DNA of 64,000 nucleotides from NCBI GenBank assembly GCA_002269645.1, contig NIVC01000176.1:682001-746000 (forward strand), given 5' to 3'. How positions within the stretch are numbered: position 1 is the first letter of the stretch; the number at the start of each line of letters is the position of its first letter. This DNA is from Macrostomum lignano (taxonomy: Eukaryota). Below the pieces are notes generated by a model. That model worked only from the letters and a program-made list of their open reading frames with translations, was not told the DNA's origin and searched no databases. The position numbers and the translations under genes were made by a program. Shown here piece by piece: positions 27,078 to 40,849 of this stretch.

Positions 27078-30000
27078 ATGGAGTCCCGCCTGAAGAAGCT
27101 GGTAGTTGCCAGGTCCAGACGGCACACTGTGGTGAAACCGCCCGTGTCTGGCAGCGGCAGTGGCGGCGGCGAGGACGGAACTGCCGACGGTGAATCCGAA
27201 AGATGCGCAAGGTGAGTCCAAAACATGAACTTCACTTCAAAATTGACTGCTTTCAACTGTGCTTGCTCTATTTCTCAATCGATATGCAACTTTTCTCCCC
27301 CTTTTTCACAGCGTGCCCAACAGTCGAATGAGCAAGTCCAGTTGCGATTTGAGCGACTTGTCAAAATCCAAGCTGAAAGGCAACAGCTCTGGTGGCGGTG
27401 GCAGTGGCGGAGCTGGCGCAGGCAACGGAGGCGGCGGCGGAGCCAAGGAGCGAAGCTCCTCCCGCGGTAGACTCTTTGTGAGTAGCGGGGTGCTTGACAA
27501 CTCAGGGAGAGGGGTATTTTTTGCGACTGAGCTGAGGTATTGGGTGCAGAGAGGAAGAAAGGGGGCAGAGAGGGAGATGGGGGAGTAGATAGGGAGATAG
27601 AGGAGTAGGGAGGAAGATAGGGGAGTAAGGAGGAAGATAGGGGAGTAGAGAGGAAGATAGGGGAGTAAGGAGGAAGATAGGGGAGTAGAGAGGAAGATAG
27701 GGGGTAGAGAGGTAGATAGGAGAGTGGATAGGGAGATAGGGGATCAGAGAGGGAGTTAGGGGAGCAGAGAGGGAGATAGGGGAGTAGAGAGGGAGAAAGG
27801 GGATTAGTGAGGGAGATAGAAATATAGGCCACTATAAGTAGAACTAAACGCGTTAATTTTCACCTGTATAAAAAGTTTCACATGCTCAGCATCTACTACA
27901 AGTAGGCAGTAAAACATTTGTGCCTATATAATCTGATATTATACTCGTAAAATTGCTTAACCGAGCAGAGTTTCCGCCGGCCATTTCTATCGTCATCGCA
28001 ATCGTCGGCGGCCCTCGCTAGCGGCAACGCCAAGGGCTCCGAATCAGCTGGCGACAGCGGCGGCGGCGGCGGCAGCAGCATTCGGGCTCGGAAACGAAGC
28101 GGCGTGTCGCCTGTCGACTCGACTGCCGCTAACAGTGCCGCTACTGCTGCTAACGCTGCTACGACTGGCTCTGCCACTGGAGGCGACGGCAGCGTCGGTC
28201 GTCGTAGCTCCGGCGGCGGCAGCGGAGGCGGCGGCGGCGGCGGCAATCCGTCGCCTCCATTTGAAGTGCCGCAGGATGCCAGCAGGCGGCTGGCCAAAGC
28301 CATGCGAATTAAGCTGTACCTGCTGCAGCAGCCGGGCCCCAATTCTTTCCTAGTCGGTGACGACAATCTGTCCAGCAAGTACCGGGTGATCATCGGCTCG
28401 CAGACCTGCACGTGCGGCCGGGGTCCCCCCAACTGCGTCCACATCCTGTTTGTTATGCTGCGCGTGTTCAAATTAAAACAAAACAATCCATTGATATGGG
28501 CGCGCGATTTGAAGAACTACGAAGTTGAAGGCCTGTTTCAGAATTATCACGAGCGGGAAAAGGCAAAGTGCAAGAAGCGGCCGAGCTTTAGGGATAGCCG
28601 GTCCACTAATACTTCGGTTGATGAAGTTGTGCAAAAGGACGAATGGTGAGCTGGCTACCCGCTCTGTGGCTGTTATTGTCCTGCTTGGCTCAGCCTCTTC
28701 CGCTCTGAAACGTCAATCCAGCCTCTGTTCTCCATCATCTGCTCAGTCTCTTTTCCATCATTGGCTCAGCCTCTGTTCTCCATCATCAACTCAGCCTCTT
28801 CTCCATCGGCTCAGCCTCTGTTCTCTATCATCTGCTCAGTCTCTTCTCCATCATTGGCTCAGCCTCTTCTCCATCATCGGCCCAGGCTCTGTTCTTCATC
28901 GTCGGCTTAGACTCTGTTTTCCATCATCGACTCAGCCCATTCTCTGTCAGCATCTCAGTCTATCCTTGCTTCATCCTCAACCCAGCATCCTTTCATCATC
29001 ATTGGTTTCTATGTTGCATCATTTCTTAGTTAATATCATTGCTTCTGTCATTGTGAAAACCCTACTAGCTTTGAAATTCCGGTTTCCAAAACTGCAGCTT
29101 CATCGAAGACGAAGACCAAAACACGTGCTCGATTTGTCTGCTAAAAATGACCGTCTCAGACAGCTTGGTCCAGTGCCAGTTCGGCTGCCAGAACTACTTC
29201 CATCATCACTGCCTCATGATCTGTGAGTAGTGTGCCTTTTTTCCTATCTCAGCAGTTGCCCCGAAACCTACACCCGCAACCTAAACCACCCGCAACCTGC
29301 ACCACCCGCAACCTACACCACCCGCAACCTACACCACCCGCAACTTGCACCACCCGCAACCTAAACCACCCGCAACCTAAACCACCCGCAACCTACACCA
29401 CCCGCAACCTACACCCGCAACTTGCACCACCCGCAACCTGCACCACCCGCAACTTGCACCACCCGCAACTTGCACCACCCGCAACTTGCACCACCCGCAA
29501 CCTGCACCACCCGCAACCTGCACCACCCGCAACCTGCACCACCCGCAACCTACACCACCCGCAACCTACACCCGCAACCTACACCACCCGCAACCTACAC
29601 CCGCAACCTACACCACCCGCAACCTACACCATCCGCAACTTGCACCACCCGCAACCTGCACCACCCGCAACTTGCATCACCCGCAACCTGCACCACCCAA
29701 AACCTACCCCACCCGCAACCTGCACCACCCGCAACCTACACCACCCACAACCTACACCCAAAACCTACCCCACCCGCAACCTGCACCACCCAAAACCTAC
29801 CCCACTCACAACCTGCACCACCCGCAACCTACACCACCCACAACCTACACCACCGAAAACCTACCCCACCCAAAACCTACCCCACCCAAAACCTATTTAA
29901 CCCGCAAGTTTGAACACCTGAGACCACCACCAACCCAACCCAACTGCCAAAGCGCCCACTCCAACCAGGAGCAAGCCAGTGGGCAAGCCATTCCCTAATC

Positions 30001-33000
30001 CCCAAGCCGCACCGCCCACCCGCAGGGTTCGAGGAGCGCAACGCGCACGGCGACCCGCTGATCTGCCCGCTGTGCCGCAGCCAGTGGCCGGCCAATCGCA
30101 AAAACCTGTCGGCCGTGTCCGGCGAAATCAATGTCGATTTTGTTGTCGACTCGTTCTCCGACACCGAGTCGATACCGGAGTCGCACAAGGAGACTTCCAA
30201 GTGCTGGATTTCGGTGAGATAAAATTCCATGCAGTCCGAATCGAGTAGTCCCAAACGATCCCGATCCCAAACTAGTCATAAGTCCCAAACTCCAGACACC
30301 AACTCGAGTTCCAAACTTCCGATCCTAACTAGTCACAAGTCCCAACCAATCCCGATCCCAACTAGTCACAAGTCCCAAACGATCCCGATCCCAACTAGTC
30401 ACAAGTCCCAACCAATTCCGATCCCAACTAGTCACAGGTCCCAAACGATCCCTATCCCAACTAGTCACAAGTCCCAACCAATCCCGATCCCAACTAGTCA
30501 CAGGTCCCAAACGATCCCTATCCCAACTAGTCACAAGTCCCAAACTCTCGATCCCAGCTACTCACAAGTCCCAAACTCCCGATCCCAACTAGTCACAATT
30601 CCCAAACTCTCGATCCCAGCTACTCTCGATCCCAGCTACTCACAAGTCCCAAACTCCCGATCCCAACTAGTTACAAGTTCCAAACTCCCGATCCCAACTA
30701 GTTACAAGTTCCAAACTCCCGATCCCAACTAGTCACAAGTCCCAAACTCTCGATCCCAGCTACTCTCGATCCCAGCTACTCACAAGTCCCAAACTCCCGA
30801 TCCCAACTAGTTACAAGTTCCAAACTCCCGATCCCAACTAGTCACAAGTCCCAAACTCCCCATCCCAACTAGTCACAAGTCCCAAACTCTCGATCCCAAC
30901 TAGTCACAAGTCCCAAACTCCCCATCCCAACTAGTCACAAGTCCCAAACTCCCGATCCCAACTAGTCACAAGTCCCAAACTCTCGATCCCAGCTACTCTC
31001 GATCCCAGCTACTCACAAGTCCCAAACTCCCGATCCCAACTAGTTACAAGTTCCAAACTCCCGATCCCAACTAGTCACAAGTCCCAAACTCTCGATCCCA
31101 GCTACTCACAAGTCCCAAACTCCCGATCCCAACTAGTTACAAGTTCCAAACTCCCGATCCCAACTAGTCACAAGTCCCAAACTCCCCATCCCACCCCAAC
31201 CCGCAGGTATTCGGCGATAGCACAGTGAAATTTCTATTCTCAAGCCGAGCCGGTCAACGCGAGCTGGGTTTAAAATTTGTCAACGATCTGGTCGTATCGC
31301 GCCTAATGGAACTGCGCTCGTCCGCGAACCTGGACCTGGACCAGCTGCAGGTGTTTGCCCCAACCATCAGCGTATTGGTGCACGCCTGCAAAGATGAAGA
31401 GTACAAAGTGTTCTACGCCGCCGTGAATCTTATGCGAAATCTGTTTATTCATCTGCCTTGCAATAGGCAGAGCTATACCCGATTGCAGACTAGCGCTAGG
31501 CCTCTAGTTGAGACTCTGCTCAACCGGTGCTCAGACAGGCACCAGCGGGTCACCCAGTTGGCCCTGTTCAATCTGGTCGAATTAGCTAAGAATCACGCCG
31601 GCTGTCTGGCTATTGGCAGCGCTCTCCGACCGAATCCTGTAGCTGCGGCTGTCGCTTCTGTTGCCGGGGGTGGCGGAGGCGGCAGCACCGGCGGTGACGT
31701 CGGCGGGGTTTGCGGCGGCGTCGGCGGCTGTCGAGGTGGCGGAGTGACGCATCCTGGGGTAATGCTTAGCTGCCTATCATATTAAGTTGATAAAATTCGC
31801 TACTTGCCTACTTTTCATTTGATTAAGGTAGTCTATATAGTACATGTAGAATAGTCAATAATATCACTCGCAATGAAAGTTGTGAAAAAGCGAAGCGTCT
31901 ACCTACTCTTTTCAGTAGATTGTCTGCGCAGTGTCCTTTGAATTTACTTACAGCCAAATATTTTCTTCCTTGGTTGGCCGCCTCAGGTGCATACGAGCGT
32001 ATTAAGGTTTAGAATGAACAATCATTTTACTCGATGTACACAACGGACTAAACTCAGCCTGGGAGGCAGGCCCAATCTGGCTCAGCCAATGAGAGAGCAG
32101 TAAGGAGAGAGGTCAAAGTCAGACGGACGAAGCTCAGTCCCGGGGGTGGGGCAGGCCCAATCTGGCTCAGCCAATGAGAGAGCAGTAAGGAGAGAGGTCA
32201 AAGTCAGACGGACGAAGCTCAGTCCCGGGGGTGGGGCAGGCCCAATCTGGCTCAGCCAATGAGAGAGCAGTAAGGAGAGAGGTCAAAAACAGACGGACGA
32301 AGCTCAGCCCAGGGGGTGGGGCAGACCCAATCTGGCTCAGCCAATGAGAGAGCAGTAAGAAAGAGGGCAGTCATCGGCCTGGTTGGGGCGCGAGCCCTTT
32401 TCTCTTTTGCTCGCCATGCACACGCACAGGATTTGGGTGCAGCTTCAAGCAGGATGAATATGCTAATTTATTGATTTTACTGTTATATAAGCAAAAACGC
32501 TTAATTTTGCTACTGAAAAAAGTAGTTTACGAATTAAGATTTAATTAAAGTCAAAATTTGCCTACTTGCAGGAGCCCGGGCCCTGGGGTGTACTCTTCCT
32601 ACTGGAGTGCATCGTGTCCGAATATTGCCTCTCTCGAGTTTCCTGGCAGTGGCTATTAGGCCGTCTGCTTCTACTAGACCGACTTTTGGATTCATTTCCT
32701 GGGCATTTCACTGTGCACGAGACCTCCTGTAAGGCCAGGATAAGACTATTTGGGATCCTGCGGTTTGCTGTCACCGCGCTCAATTCTCAACAGCCTAGGA
32801 TTAGCAAAATGGCTGGCAGAGTGTTTGTGCTAGGCGCTCGTCAGGTTGCTCACCTGTCAGACTGTGCTCAGGAGGCCGAACGACTTGTTAGAAGTATTGA
32901 AGATGCCAGCGTCAGGCAGAAGATGCTGCGCAGGCTGGAGCTCATCCGGAGCGAGTTTAGCGCTGTGTACAGGTGAGATTCGGCTTCTTTGAGACCTAAT

Positions 33001-35970
33001 TGCTGTGTCAGGTTTAGTGTCAGGTGTCAGTGTCAAGTCTAGTGTCAGGTCAAGTGTCAGTTCAAGTGTCAGGTCTAGTGTCAGATGTAGTGTCAGGTCA
33101 CGTGTCTGGTCTGGTGTCAGATCTAGTGTCAGGTCTAGTGTCAGGTTTATTGTCAGATTGAGTGTCAGTTCTAGTGTCAGGTCAAGTGTCAGGTCTAGTA
33201 TAAGTTCTAGTTTCAGGGCTAATGTCAGGTCTATTGTCAAGTCGAGTGTCAGGTCTAGTGTGAGGTTTAGTGTCAGATCTAGTGTCAGGTCTAGTGTCAG
33301 GTCTAGCGTCAGGTCTAGTGTCAGGTCTAGCGTCAGGTTTAGTGTCAGATTGAGTGTCAGTTCTAGTGTCAGGTCAAGTGTCAGGTCTAGTGTAAGGTCT
33401 AGCGTCAGGTTTAGTGTCAGTTCTAGTGTCAGGTCAAGTGTCAGGTCTAGTATAAGTTCTAGTTTCAGGTCTAATGTCAGGTCTATTGTCAAGTCGAGTG
33501 TCAGGTCTAGCGTCAGGTTTAGTATCAAGTCTAGTGTCAGGTCTAGTATCAGTTCTCTAGTAGTGTCCATTCTGGTTTTTAAGGGTCCATCTGAGTATAC
33601 TCGTACATATAAATCAATACTTATATCGTAACCAGCATCACGAGCCAGCTAATCATCACGTGACCACCGCACCGCAGGCACATGAACCATCGTCTAGCAT
33701 TGGGTCAGCCTGAACCAGCCTACGATTTTCCAAGATCCCCAGCCCATCAGCAGCAGCAGCAGCAGCAGAGACAGCGCCAGCACCATCACTCTTCTTCTGC
33801 GGCAACAACAACAACAACGGACACGGCTCCGCCTCTACCGCCTCCGCGAACTGTTAGTCGCCAGAATTCTGCCATTGTGCGCCCTGTGCAGCAGCAGCAG
33901 CAGCAGCAAAAGCAGCAGATGCCGCCTCCGCCGTCGTTTCCGCCGCCTCCTCCGCCTCCGCCACATCCGCAGCAGCAACAGCAGCAGCAAACTCAGCAGT
34001 CGCTGCCACCACCGCCACCGCCACCTCAGCGGCCTTCAACAGCTCCTGTCGGTTCGCTTGTCGATGACTCTTCATCAGAGGCTGATCAGCATCAGCACCA
34101 GCATCAGCAACAGCAGCAAAAGCAGAAACTGAAGCAGAAAAGTCGAACAGAAGAAGACGGTGACACAGATACGGAGGTTGAAGAAGACTTAATCTCGTTT
34201 AGCGCCCAGGTGTGCCGGCATTTCACTAATCAGGATTATACACCTGAGATTTTCTGCGCCAAATCTGGCGGACGTAGGCAGACTGAGCATCGTCAGCAGC
34301 TCATGATGCAGCAGCAGCAGCAACAGCAACAGCAGCAGCAACAGCAGACTTCGACGCCTCAGCCGCTCCCAGATCCGGAGCCTTCGCCGACTCCATCATC
34401 ATCAACCTGCGGCGGCGTGGTTGACGTGGCCTCCCATCATCATCACCATCCGCATCATCACCAGGCCGATAGCAACAACTGGCTCTACGGCTGGAGCGAG
34501 GAACTACCGGTAATACCCGGCTTAACGCCATCGCCTCACCTGGTTACTAAGACGGCCTATTCGGAAGGCGAGCACTGGGTTCGAGGCGCGCAGATTGGCC
34601 TAGGCGCATTCGCCACCTGCTATCAGGCCAGGGACAAGCGGACCGGAGTTCTCATGGCTGTCAAGGAGATCTCATTGGTGCGCAACTGCGATCAGGAGCA
34701 GCACGAAGTTATTGAAGCTGTTCAAGAGGAAGTAGAACTGATGACCCGGCTGAGACACCAGAATCTGGTTCGAATTCTTGGGGCCACCATGACCAGAGAT
34801 CGGTTCTGCATGTTCGTGGAGTGGATGCCCGGTGGCTCCGTGTCTGCCCTGCTCAACCGGTTTGGCCCGTTTAGTGAACCAGTTATATCGTCTTATATTC
34901 AGCAGGCAAGTGGCTTTTTTTTCTTGATTGCTAGTGATTTTTATTGTGTTATCATTGTTGCTAGGCTATGGTTTCCGTTGCTAGGTAATAGTCTCTGTTG
35001 CTAGGCTATGGTTTCCGTTGCTAAGCTGCAGTATCCGTTGCTAGGCTATGGTTTCTGTTGCTAGGCTATGGTTTCCGTTGCTAAGCTGGAGTATCCGTTG
35101 CTAGGCTATTGTTTCCGTTGCTAGGCTATGGTTTTCGTTGCTAAGCTGCAGTATCCGTTGCTAGGCTATTGTTTCCGTTGCTAGGCTATGGTTTCCGTTG
35201 CTAGGCTTTGCTTTTCGTTGCTAGGCTTTGCTTTTCGTTGCTAGGCTTTGCTTTTCGTTGCTAGGCTTTGCTTTTCGTTGCTAGGCTATGGTTTCCTTTT
35301 CTAGGCTACGGTTTCCGTTGCTAAGTAATGGTTTTAGTTGCTTGGCTATCGAACTGTTACTAAGCTAGATTGAGCGTTGCTAGGAAAAAAGTACGGACAC
35401 TGCCAGTACCAACAAGCCAAGCCTGATTCCGCCCCTGTCTCCATCCCCCGCCAGGTGCTACGCGGCCTGGCCTACCTGCACAACCAGCAGATTCTGCACC
35501 GCGACCTCAAAGGCGCCAACCTGCTGGTCAGCAGCAGCGGTCGTCAAGTTCGAATTGCCGATTTCGGCGCGGCCGGCCGATTAGCCAGTCACATGACCGG
35601 GGCTGGCGAGTTCAAAGGTCAACTGCTCGGCACCATCGCCTTCATGGCCCCGGAGGTGCTGCGAGGCGAGAACTACGGCCGCAGCTGCGACATCTGGTCT
35701 GTCGGCTGCGTCATCATCGAGATGGTGACCACCAAGCCGCCTTGGGACATGCCGGATCTCAGCAATCATCTGGCTCTGATCTACCATATCGCCAGCTCCA
35801 GCGACCCTCCGCCTCTGCCGGACAATATGCATCCGGGCCTCCGGGATGTCCTTCTGCGCTGTGTTGACCCCATTCCGTTCAATCGGCCGTCCGCTAAGGA
35901 GCTGCTGCAGCACCCGCTGTTCACTCACTACCCGGCTCTGACTGCCCGGCCTGAGGGGCGGCGAGTTTGA
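27078..35970 (+). CDS. MAP3K1: MAP3K1/MEKK1 (SWIM, RING/PHD, HEAT-like region, Ser/Thr kinase); join(27078..27211,27312..27477,27969..28645,29098..29222,30026..30213,31207..31758,32572..32972,33678..34905,35455..35970), 1328 aa
   Basis: SWIM: [45 protein letters not shown]: [19 protein letters not shown]|[13 protein letters not shown]. Also [15 protein letters not shown]. Kinase: [37 protein letters not shown]. All phases match; total 3987 nt. Intron 8 is GC-AG. Confidence 0.93.
29265..29900. repeat. C/A-rich 13-16-bp minisatellite in MAP3K1 intron 4
   Basis: Core caccacccgcaacct. Confidence 0.9.
30300..31190. repeat. About 30-bp minisatellite in MAP3K1 intron 5
   Basis: Unit ccgatcccaactagtcacaagtcccaaact. 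Confidence 0.9.
32055..32360. repeat. 85-bp tandem repeat (about 3.5 copies) in MAP3K1 intron 6
   Basis: cccaatctggctcagccaatgagagagcag recurs at 32071, 32156, 32241 and 32326. Confidence 0.9.
33005..33560. repeat. 12-bp minisatellite in MAP3K1 intron 7
   Basis: Unit gtcaggtctagt. Confidence 0.9.
34955..35345. repeat. 20-bp minisatellite in MAP3K1 intron 8
   Basis: Unit gttgctaggctatggtttcc. Confidence 0.9.
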
Positions 35971-36119
35971 TTCTGCCTTATTATGCTACTGTTAGTAGGT
36001 AGATAGGAGGGTTTCTGCGTAATCTGTTTAGCTTTTCCACTTCTCATTGTTTATAGTTCTTCGTGCAGTTTATCCCCCGGTTTTTTGTTGCTTTTTATCA
36101 TTGTCTGAGTTGGCCGCCA

Positions 36120-37120
36120 CCTGCCCAGATCCTCCTCGGCTGTTAATCCGCCACCCTCCCAGATTCTCCATGGCTGTTAATCCTCCTCTCTCCCAGATCC
36201 TCATTGGCTGTTAATCCGCCACCCTCTAAATTCTTGGCTGTTAATCCTCCTCCCTCCCAGATCCTCCTCGGCTGTTAATCCGCCACCCTCCCAGATTCTG
36301 CATGGCTGTTAATCCTCCTCTCTCCCAGATCCTCATTGGCTGTTAATCCGCCACCCTCTAAATTCTTGGCTGTTAATCCTCCTCCCTCCCAGATCCTCCT
36401 CGGCTGTTAATCCGCCACCCTCCCAGATTCTGCATGGCTGTTAATCCTCCTCCCTCCCAGATCCTCATTAGCTGTTAATCCTCCTCCCTCCCAGATCCTC
36501 ATTGGCTGTTAATCCTCCTCCCTCCCAGATCCTCATTGGCTGTTAATCCTCCTCCCTTCCAGATCCTCATTGGCTGTTAATCCTCCTCCCTCCCAGATCC
36601 TCATTGGCTGTTAATCCTCCTCCCTCCCAGATTCTCATTGGCTGTTAATCCTCCTCCCTCCCAGATTCTCCATGGCTGTTAATCATCTCCCTCCCAGATT
36701 CTCCATGGCTGTTAATCCTCCTCTCTCCCAGATCCTCATTGGCTGTTAATCTGCCACCCTCTTAATCCTCGGCTGTTAATCCATCACCCTCTTAATCCTC
36801 GGTTGTTAATCTGCCACCCACTAAATCCTCGGTTGTTAATCCATCACCCTCTTAATCCTCGGCTGTTAATCCATCACCCTCTAACTCCTCGGTTGTTAAT
36901 CTGCCACCCACTAAATCCTCGGTTGTTAATCCGCCACCCACTAAATCCTCGGTTGTTAATCCATCACCCTCTAACTCCTCGGTTGTTAATCTGCCACCCA
37001 CTAAATCCTCGGTTGTTAATCCGCCACCCACTAAATCCTCGGTTGTTAATCCATCACCCACTAAATCCTCGGTTGTTAATCTGCCACCCACTAAATCCTC
37101 GGTTGTTAATCCGTCACCCT
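36120..37120. repeat. 30-34-bp minisatellite downstream of the MAP3K1 stop
   Basis: Core ggctgttaatcc. Confidence 0.9.
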
Positions 37121-37929
37121 CCCAGCTCCTGAGGCCAGGCCACTAGTCCAATAACTCACATTACATAAAATTAATTTTTGAATTGCTCAACAATCCAGTT
37201 TTTTTGCTTTTTTTAATTTCCGTTATCAGTGGGTATTTTTCTGTTGTATTTTTATTGTGTTTTTTGCAATTTTATATACTACTTATCAAGTAGAGTAGAG
37301 TGCTCGCCTGCTGATGCGCCCAGGCAGTAGAAAAGCGTGCTACAGCACTCCATCCCGACCGCATTTTTGGAGTCCGGTCGGCTCTTCTGTAACTAAAGTA
37401 CATCATTTTTATGTAAATCATGTAAATACATCCTTTTTACCGCTGCTCTGGCACAGTTTGTTTTTCCATTTTTTATAATCCCTTGCTATCAGTGTCTTTT
37501 TATAACAAAAACATTTTTACTATAAACTGCAGCAATCTGGTTTTTTATAACTGCTATTTATACATGTATTGTACTTATTTATGTATAGTACATGCATTTG
37601 TATAGATCTTTTATGTCAACGAAATACTCCAGCCAGTGTTTAATACTGTAAGTATTCATTTGATAATCTCATGTTTTTTTGTTTTCTCCGATTCAATTTC
37701 TGAGATGTCCTGCTGATTGCAAAATTAATATTTGAGATTGAGACAGCTCACAAACGTTTCTACAGATATTAATTTGTGTTAATTGTACCAGACTTCTGAA
37801 CAAAACACAGCAACAGCTTTTTCTGCTTTATCAGAGTTTGTTTTTAGATGAACACAAACTTTTTGTACACAAATTTGCTTGCTGGAATTGCTATCATTTT
37901 GCTTGCTTCTCTGTGTACTCTCTGAGCAC

Positions 37930-38550
37930 TTCTGTCACTCCTCACTGTCACTCTCTGACCCTATCTGTCACTCTGACTCTATCTGTCACTCTCTGAGCAC
38001 TTCTGTCACTCCTCACTGTCACTCTCTTACCACATCTGTCACTCCTCACTGTCACTCTTTCACCACTCCTGTCACTCCTCACTGTCACTCTCTCACCACT
38101 TCTGTCACTCCTCACTGTCGTCACTCTCTCACCACTTCTGTCACTCCTCACTGTCACTCTCTCACCACATCTGTCACTCCTCACTGTCACTCTTTCACCA
38201 CATCTGGCACTCCTCACTGTCACTCTTTCACCACATCTGGCACTCCTCACTGTCACTCTTTGATCCTATCTGTCGCTCCTCACTGTCACTCTCTGACCAC
38301 ATCTGTAACTCCTTACTGTCACACTCTGGCTCAATCTGTCACTCCTCACTGTCACTCTCTGGCCCTATCTGTCACTCCTCACTGTCAATCTATCTCTGGC
38401 CACATCTGCCACTCTCTGGGACAATCTGTCACTCCTCAGTTACTCTCTAACCTTATCTGTCACTCCTCACTGTCACTCTCCGACTTCATCTGTCTTTCTC
38501 AATGTCACTTTCTGTCCAAATCTGTCACACTGTGACCGAAATCTGTCACT
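37930..38550. repeat. ctgtcact-core minisatellite (related array at 42440-42935)
   Basis: ctgtcactcctcactgtcactct repeats. Confidence 0.85.
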
Positions 38551-39484
38551 CTGTTGATTTCTCAATAAATCTCACTTAAATTCTTATCATTTTTTTCTTT
38601 CTCTGTCTCCCATTCACTGTTTTGCTTATGCTTAGCCTGGCACGCTATAGTTTTTGATGCTACCGTCAGCTGATAGCAATAAAAATAAAACGCATGATTA
38701 CCGTATCATTTTTTCTAGTCCTGTTATTCATTTCCGGTTGCCTTTTTAATAACAGTTTTATTTAATTCTATTATCAAAATGCTTTCATTGTTACTGGTCA
38801 AGTGTTAATCAGTAGTATAGTGCAGACGGCTAGTCAGTTTTTTGTGTTTTTTTTTCAAAACTGAATTTAATATTCGCAATATTGGCAAACGGTTATAGAA
38901 TTGCTTTAAACGTCTTTCCGCGTCTACTTCTGAATGAAAAAATAGCTGATATTTGGTTGTGTTTTAATAATTCAAGTTACTATAATCAATTCCTGATATA
39001 ATCCTTATTTATGTTGTCGCTATCCATTTGTTTTGCCTCAACCAATCTGGCTTAAATTAGTCCAAATCTTCTGGAATCTTCTGTTTCAGCAGTGGTACAT
39101 GCCCAATGTACACTTCTTCCTGTTCGGCCAAGTGTGTTTTTGTACTTTTAAGCGCTTTTTTGATGGGCCAACGTTTATTGTTATTATATTAATATTACTA
39201 TAACCCCGCCTGACTTACTCCAGTTTTTTGGCACCATCGTCATTGATTGCCAATATATTTTACAATTTTTTTTAATTCATAAATTTATCATGCGTGAGAT
39301 TTGTGTTTGCAATGCAAAGCTCGGGGGCCAATGCAAGTTATGGCCGAGTGTAGTAAATATATTATCCTTATATTCTATTCATATCTACTCCCGCCACCTG
39401 CCCGTGCGGCTCTTTATAATGAACACCTCATTGTCTGATTGACTCGACTTCAGCTCTCAGGTCTCTGTGTTTTAGCACACACAC

Positions 39485-39528
39485 TATGTCTGTGTGTGTG
39501 TCTGTGTGTGTGTGTCTGTGTGTCTGAC

Positions 39529-39611
<83 letters not shown>

Positions 39612-39650
39612 GTGTCTGTCTGTCTGTGTGTGTGTGTCTGTGTGTCTGAC

Positions 39651-39729
<79 letters not shown>

Positions 39730-39842
39730 GTGTCTGTCTGTCTGTGTGTGTGTGTGTGTGTGTCTGTGTGTGTGTGTGTGTCTGACTGTCTGTGTGTCTG
39801 TCTGATTGTCTGTGTGTCTGTCTGTCTGTGTGTCTGTCTGTG

Positions 39843-39895
<53 letters not shown>

Positions 39896-39938
39896 TTCTG
39901 TGTGTCTGTCTGTCTGTCTGTCTGTCTGTCTTTCTGTG

Positions 39939-39987
<49 letters not shown>

Positions 39988-40140
39988 TTCTGTGTGTCTG
40001 TCTGTCTGTCTGTCTGTCTGTCTTTCTGTGTGTCTGTCTGTCTGTCTGTCTGTCTGTCTGACTGTCTGTCTGTCTGTCTGACTGTCTGTTTGTCTGACTG
40101 TCTGTCTGTCTGACTGTCTGTTTGTCTGTCTGTCTGTGTC
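39485..40140. repeat. (TCTG)/(TG)n microsatellite
   Basis: Direct reading; a similar tract lies at 23270-23592. Confidence 0.95.
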
Positions 40141-40849
40141 GTGTATCTATTTTAATAGATTCAATTCAGTCATGTATTTATAAACCTGATTTAGGATTTC
40201 TTGGCTTACAGCTACAAGGTAAATATATATAATTTAATATATTATTAAATATATATATTTAATAATATATATTTAATATATAATACGTTGGCCCATGACG
40301 ATTATAATAAATGATTAATATACCCTTGCCCGTAAAGCTGCAGCACACCTGGACTGCGGTACAGCAGCACCGTGGCCTCCTGTTTGCTAACAATCAAATC
40401 AAGAGAGGTTAGAAAGCAGACAAGGCGCCGTTTCTATACCTTGAAGCAGAAAATGAAACAAGTAGCGAACAGAAGTACATTTTTACCTTCTATTGATAGC
40501 TATATGGTGGTCTCCCCGGCCTGCTTGCGGCATTTTGATTAATTAATTTGGCTATACGCAGCCGGGTGCGTTAGCGTTCAAATCGAGTTTAATGAATCAG
40601 CTGGGAAAATCTAATTGCATCTGAGGGTTCAGGTGTTGCTATAGCGAGTCTATGAGGCAAGCAGTCTCTGGTGTTTAACGGTGATAATTAATGCGGTTAT
40701 ATAAGCATCTCCTGCGAGCGAACACCATTTAAAATGGATCGGTTTCTTTAATTAGAAGAAGCTGGACAACTATGATCATGAGGCAGGTATGTCTAAATTT
40801 GTCAATTATGATAGTAAGAAGCGATACTGCATGCTTTTTTTAAGAGTTG

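Noticed and set aside
32055-32360. Regularly spaced repeats suggestive of a CRISPR array
   Set aside because: The whole 85-bp unit is repeated, with no unique spacers and no cas genes, and the context is eukaryotic.
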